64,000 nucleotides of DNA, taken from assembly GCA_964016885.1 (NCBI GenBank), contig OZ024741.1, positions 50,282,001-50,346,000 on the forward strand. Reading direction: 5' to 3'. Source of the stretch: Eledone cirrhosa. Lineage: Eukaryota. The first letter of the stretch is position 1. Each line of letters begins with the position of its first letter. The notes under the pieces are model-generated. The model had not been told where the DNA came from. It saw only the letters and a program-made list of their open reading frames with translations, and did no database searches. Made by a program: the position numbers and the translations under genes. Below are positions 62,801 through 64,000 of this stretch, piece by piece.

Positions 62801-64000
62801 ATATATATATATATATATAGTTCTGTATGAACAAGACATGGTCACCTGACCTGACTTACTTCAAACAGGACAACCTGTCTAACACATGCTAGTATGGAAA
62901 ATAGATGTTAAACAAAGATGATGATATATATACATATATGATGATATATACACATATATGCATATAGACATACATATACATACATTATGTATATGCATAT
63001 ATATAAATATATATATATATATAATGCATGTACACATAAAACCAGGTAGTCCACACCACCTTCACTCCACTACAGATAGAATGGAGGCAGGTAATGCTGG
63101 CTGGGCATGATGGAAGGATGAGAAAAAGATACTAAAAAAAGATGAAGGTTTGTAATTTCACTCCCTTAGGCAACATGAACTCAGTTATCTTGTTCATCAG
63201 CCCACCCATGCAACATAAGCCCAGTTGTGTTGTTCACTACCACCAGTGAACCACTTTTTTCATACTCCACCACTACCCCTGACATCTCAATATATAAACA
63301 CAACTGCTACCACCACCACCGACATCTATATACACATTATTACAGCAACTACTCCCACAGCACTGCTACCTACATTTGCTCCTACTACTACTACCAGCAC
63401 CACCCACCCATCAACCTACATGAAAAAGATGGGTTTTTCTTTATTTGGAGATAGGGGCTTTCCAAGTAAAATATATCAGATAAAGGACCAACACCAACAC
63501 CTACACCCATATTAATTCAACAATCCAAATTCTCTAACAAATGATTTCTAACTTAGTGCAAGGCCTGAAATTGTGTAAGTGGGGTTTAAGTCAATCAAAT
63601 TGACCCCTAGTGCTAAACTGACACTTATTTTATAAACTACAAACTACAGTACTCAACTGGTACTTATTATAACTGTTGCCCTGCCATGCTGAGAAATGGG
63701 TTGTAAGAGCTTTTTAAAGCAGTATCATATGGCCAGATGCCCTTCCTAACACCAACCTTTTAGTCACCTGTCATGATATGCAGGGATATGGTGTACGTAC
63801 CCCGCTGCTTCTGCTGGAATCCACTAGATAACGCTAGCTGTCAGGCTTTCAATATTCATAGATAGAAGGCTTTCCAAATGTGGGTTAAACATACCATATA
63901 TCATGGGATATACGAAATTCACATACTTGTATGTATACAGCTATGTCAGAGCAAAATTTTTATTATATATATTCACAGTGTATCAAAATGGCTATATATT

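Overview
AT-rich, microsatellite-dense animal DNA. The repeat mix (tRNA-headed SINEs with CORE- and Nin/Deu-like bodies, RTE, CR1, Tx1, CRE and Penelope-like retroelements, hAT and piggyBac-type DNA transposons, long (TA)n runs) looks like an octopus or other coleoid cephalopod; this is an inference. No complete host gene is visible. The window is probably intronic, with a few weak minus-strand exon candidates. All long real ORFs belong to transposons, and the Y/I/V/T/G-rich ORFs are microsatellite artefacts. The main signal missed by the ORF track is a dense set of minimal type I hammerhead ribozyme (HHR) motifs from several distinct families. They lie in Penelope-like element (PLE) terminal repeats, most of them short fold-back inverted repeats next to or inside (TA)n. 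One HHR has a compensatory U3-A8 core, one family has an unusually long stem II, and one family folds back exactly on its own stem II. All coordinates were read by eye, and ends of diverged repeats are approximate.
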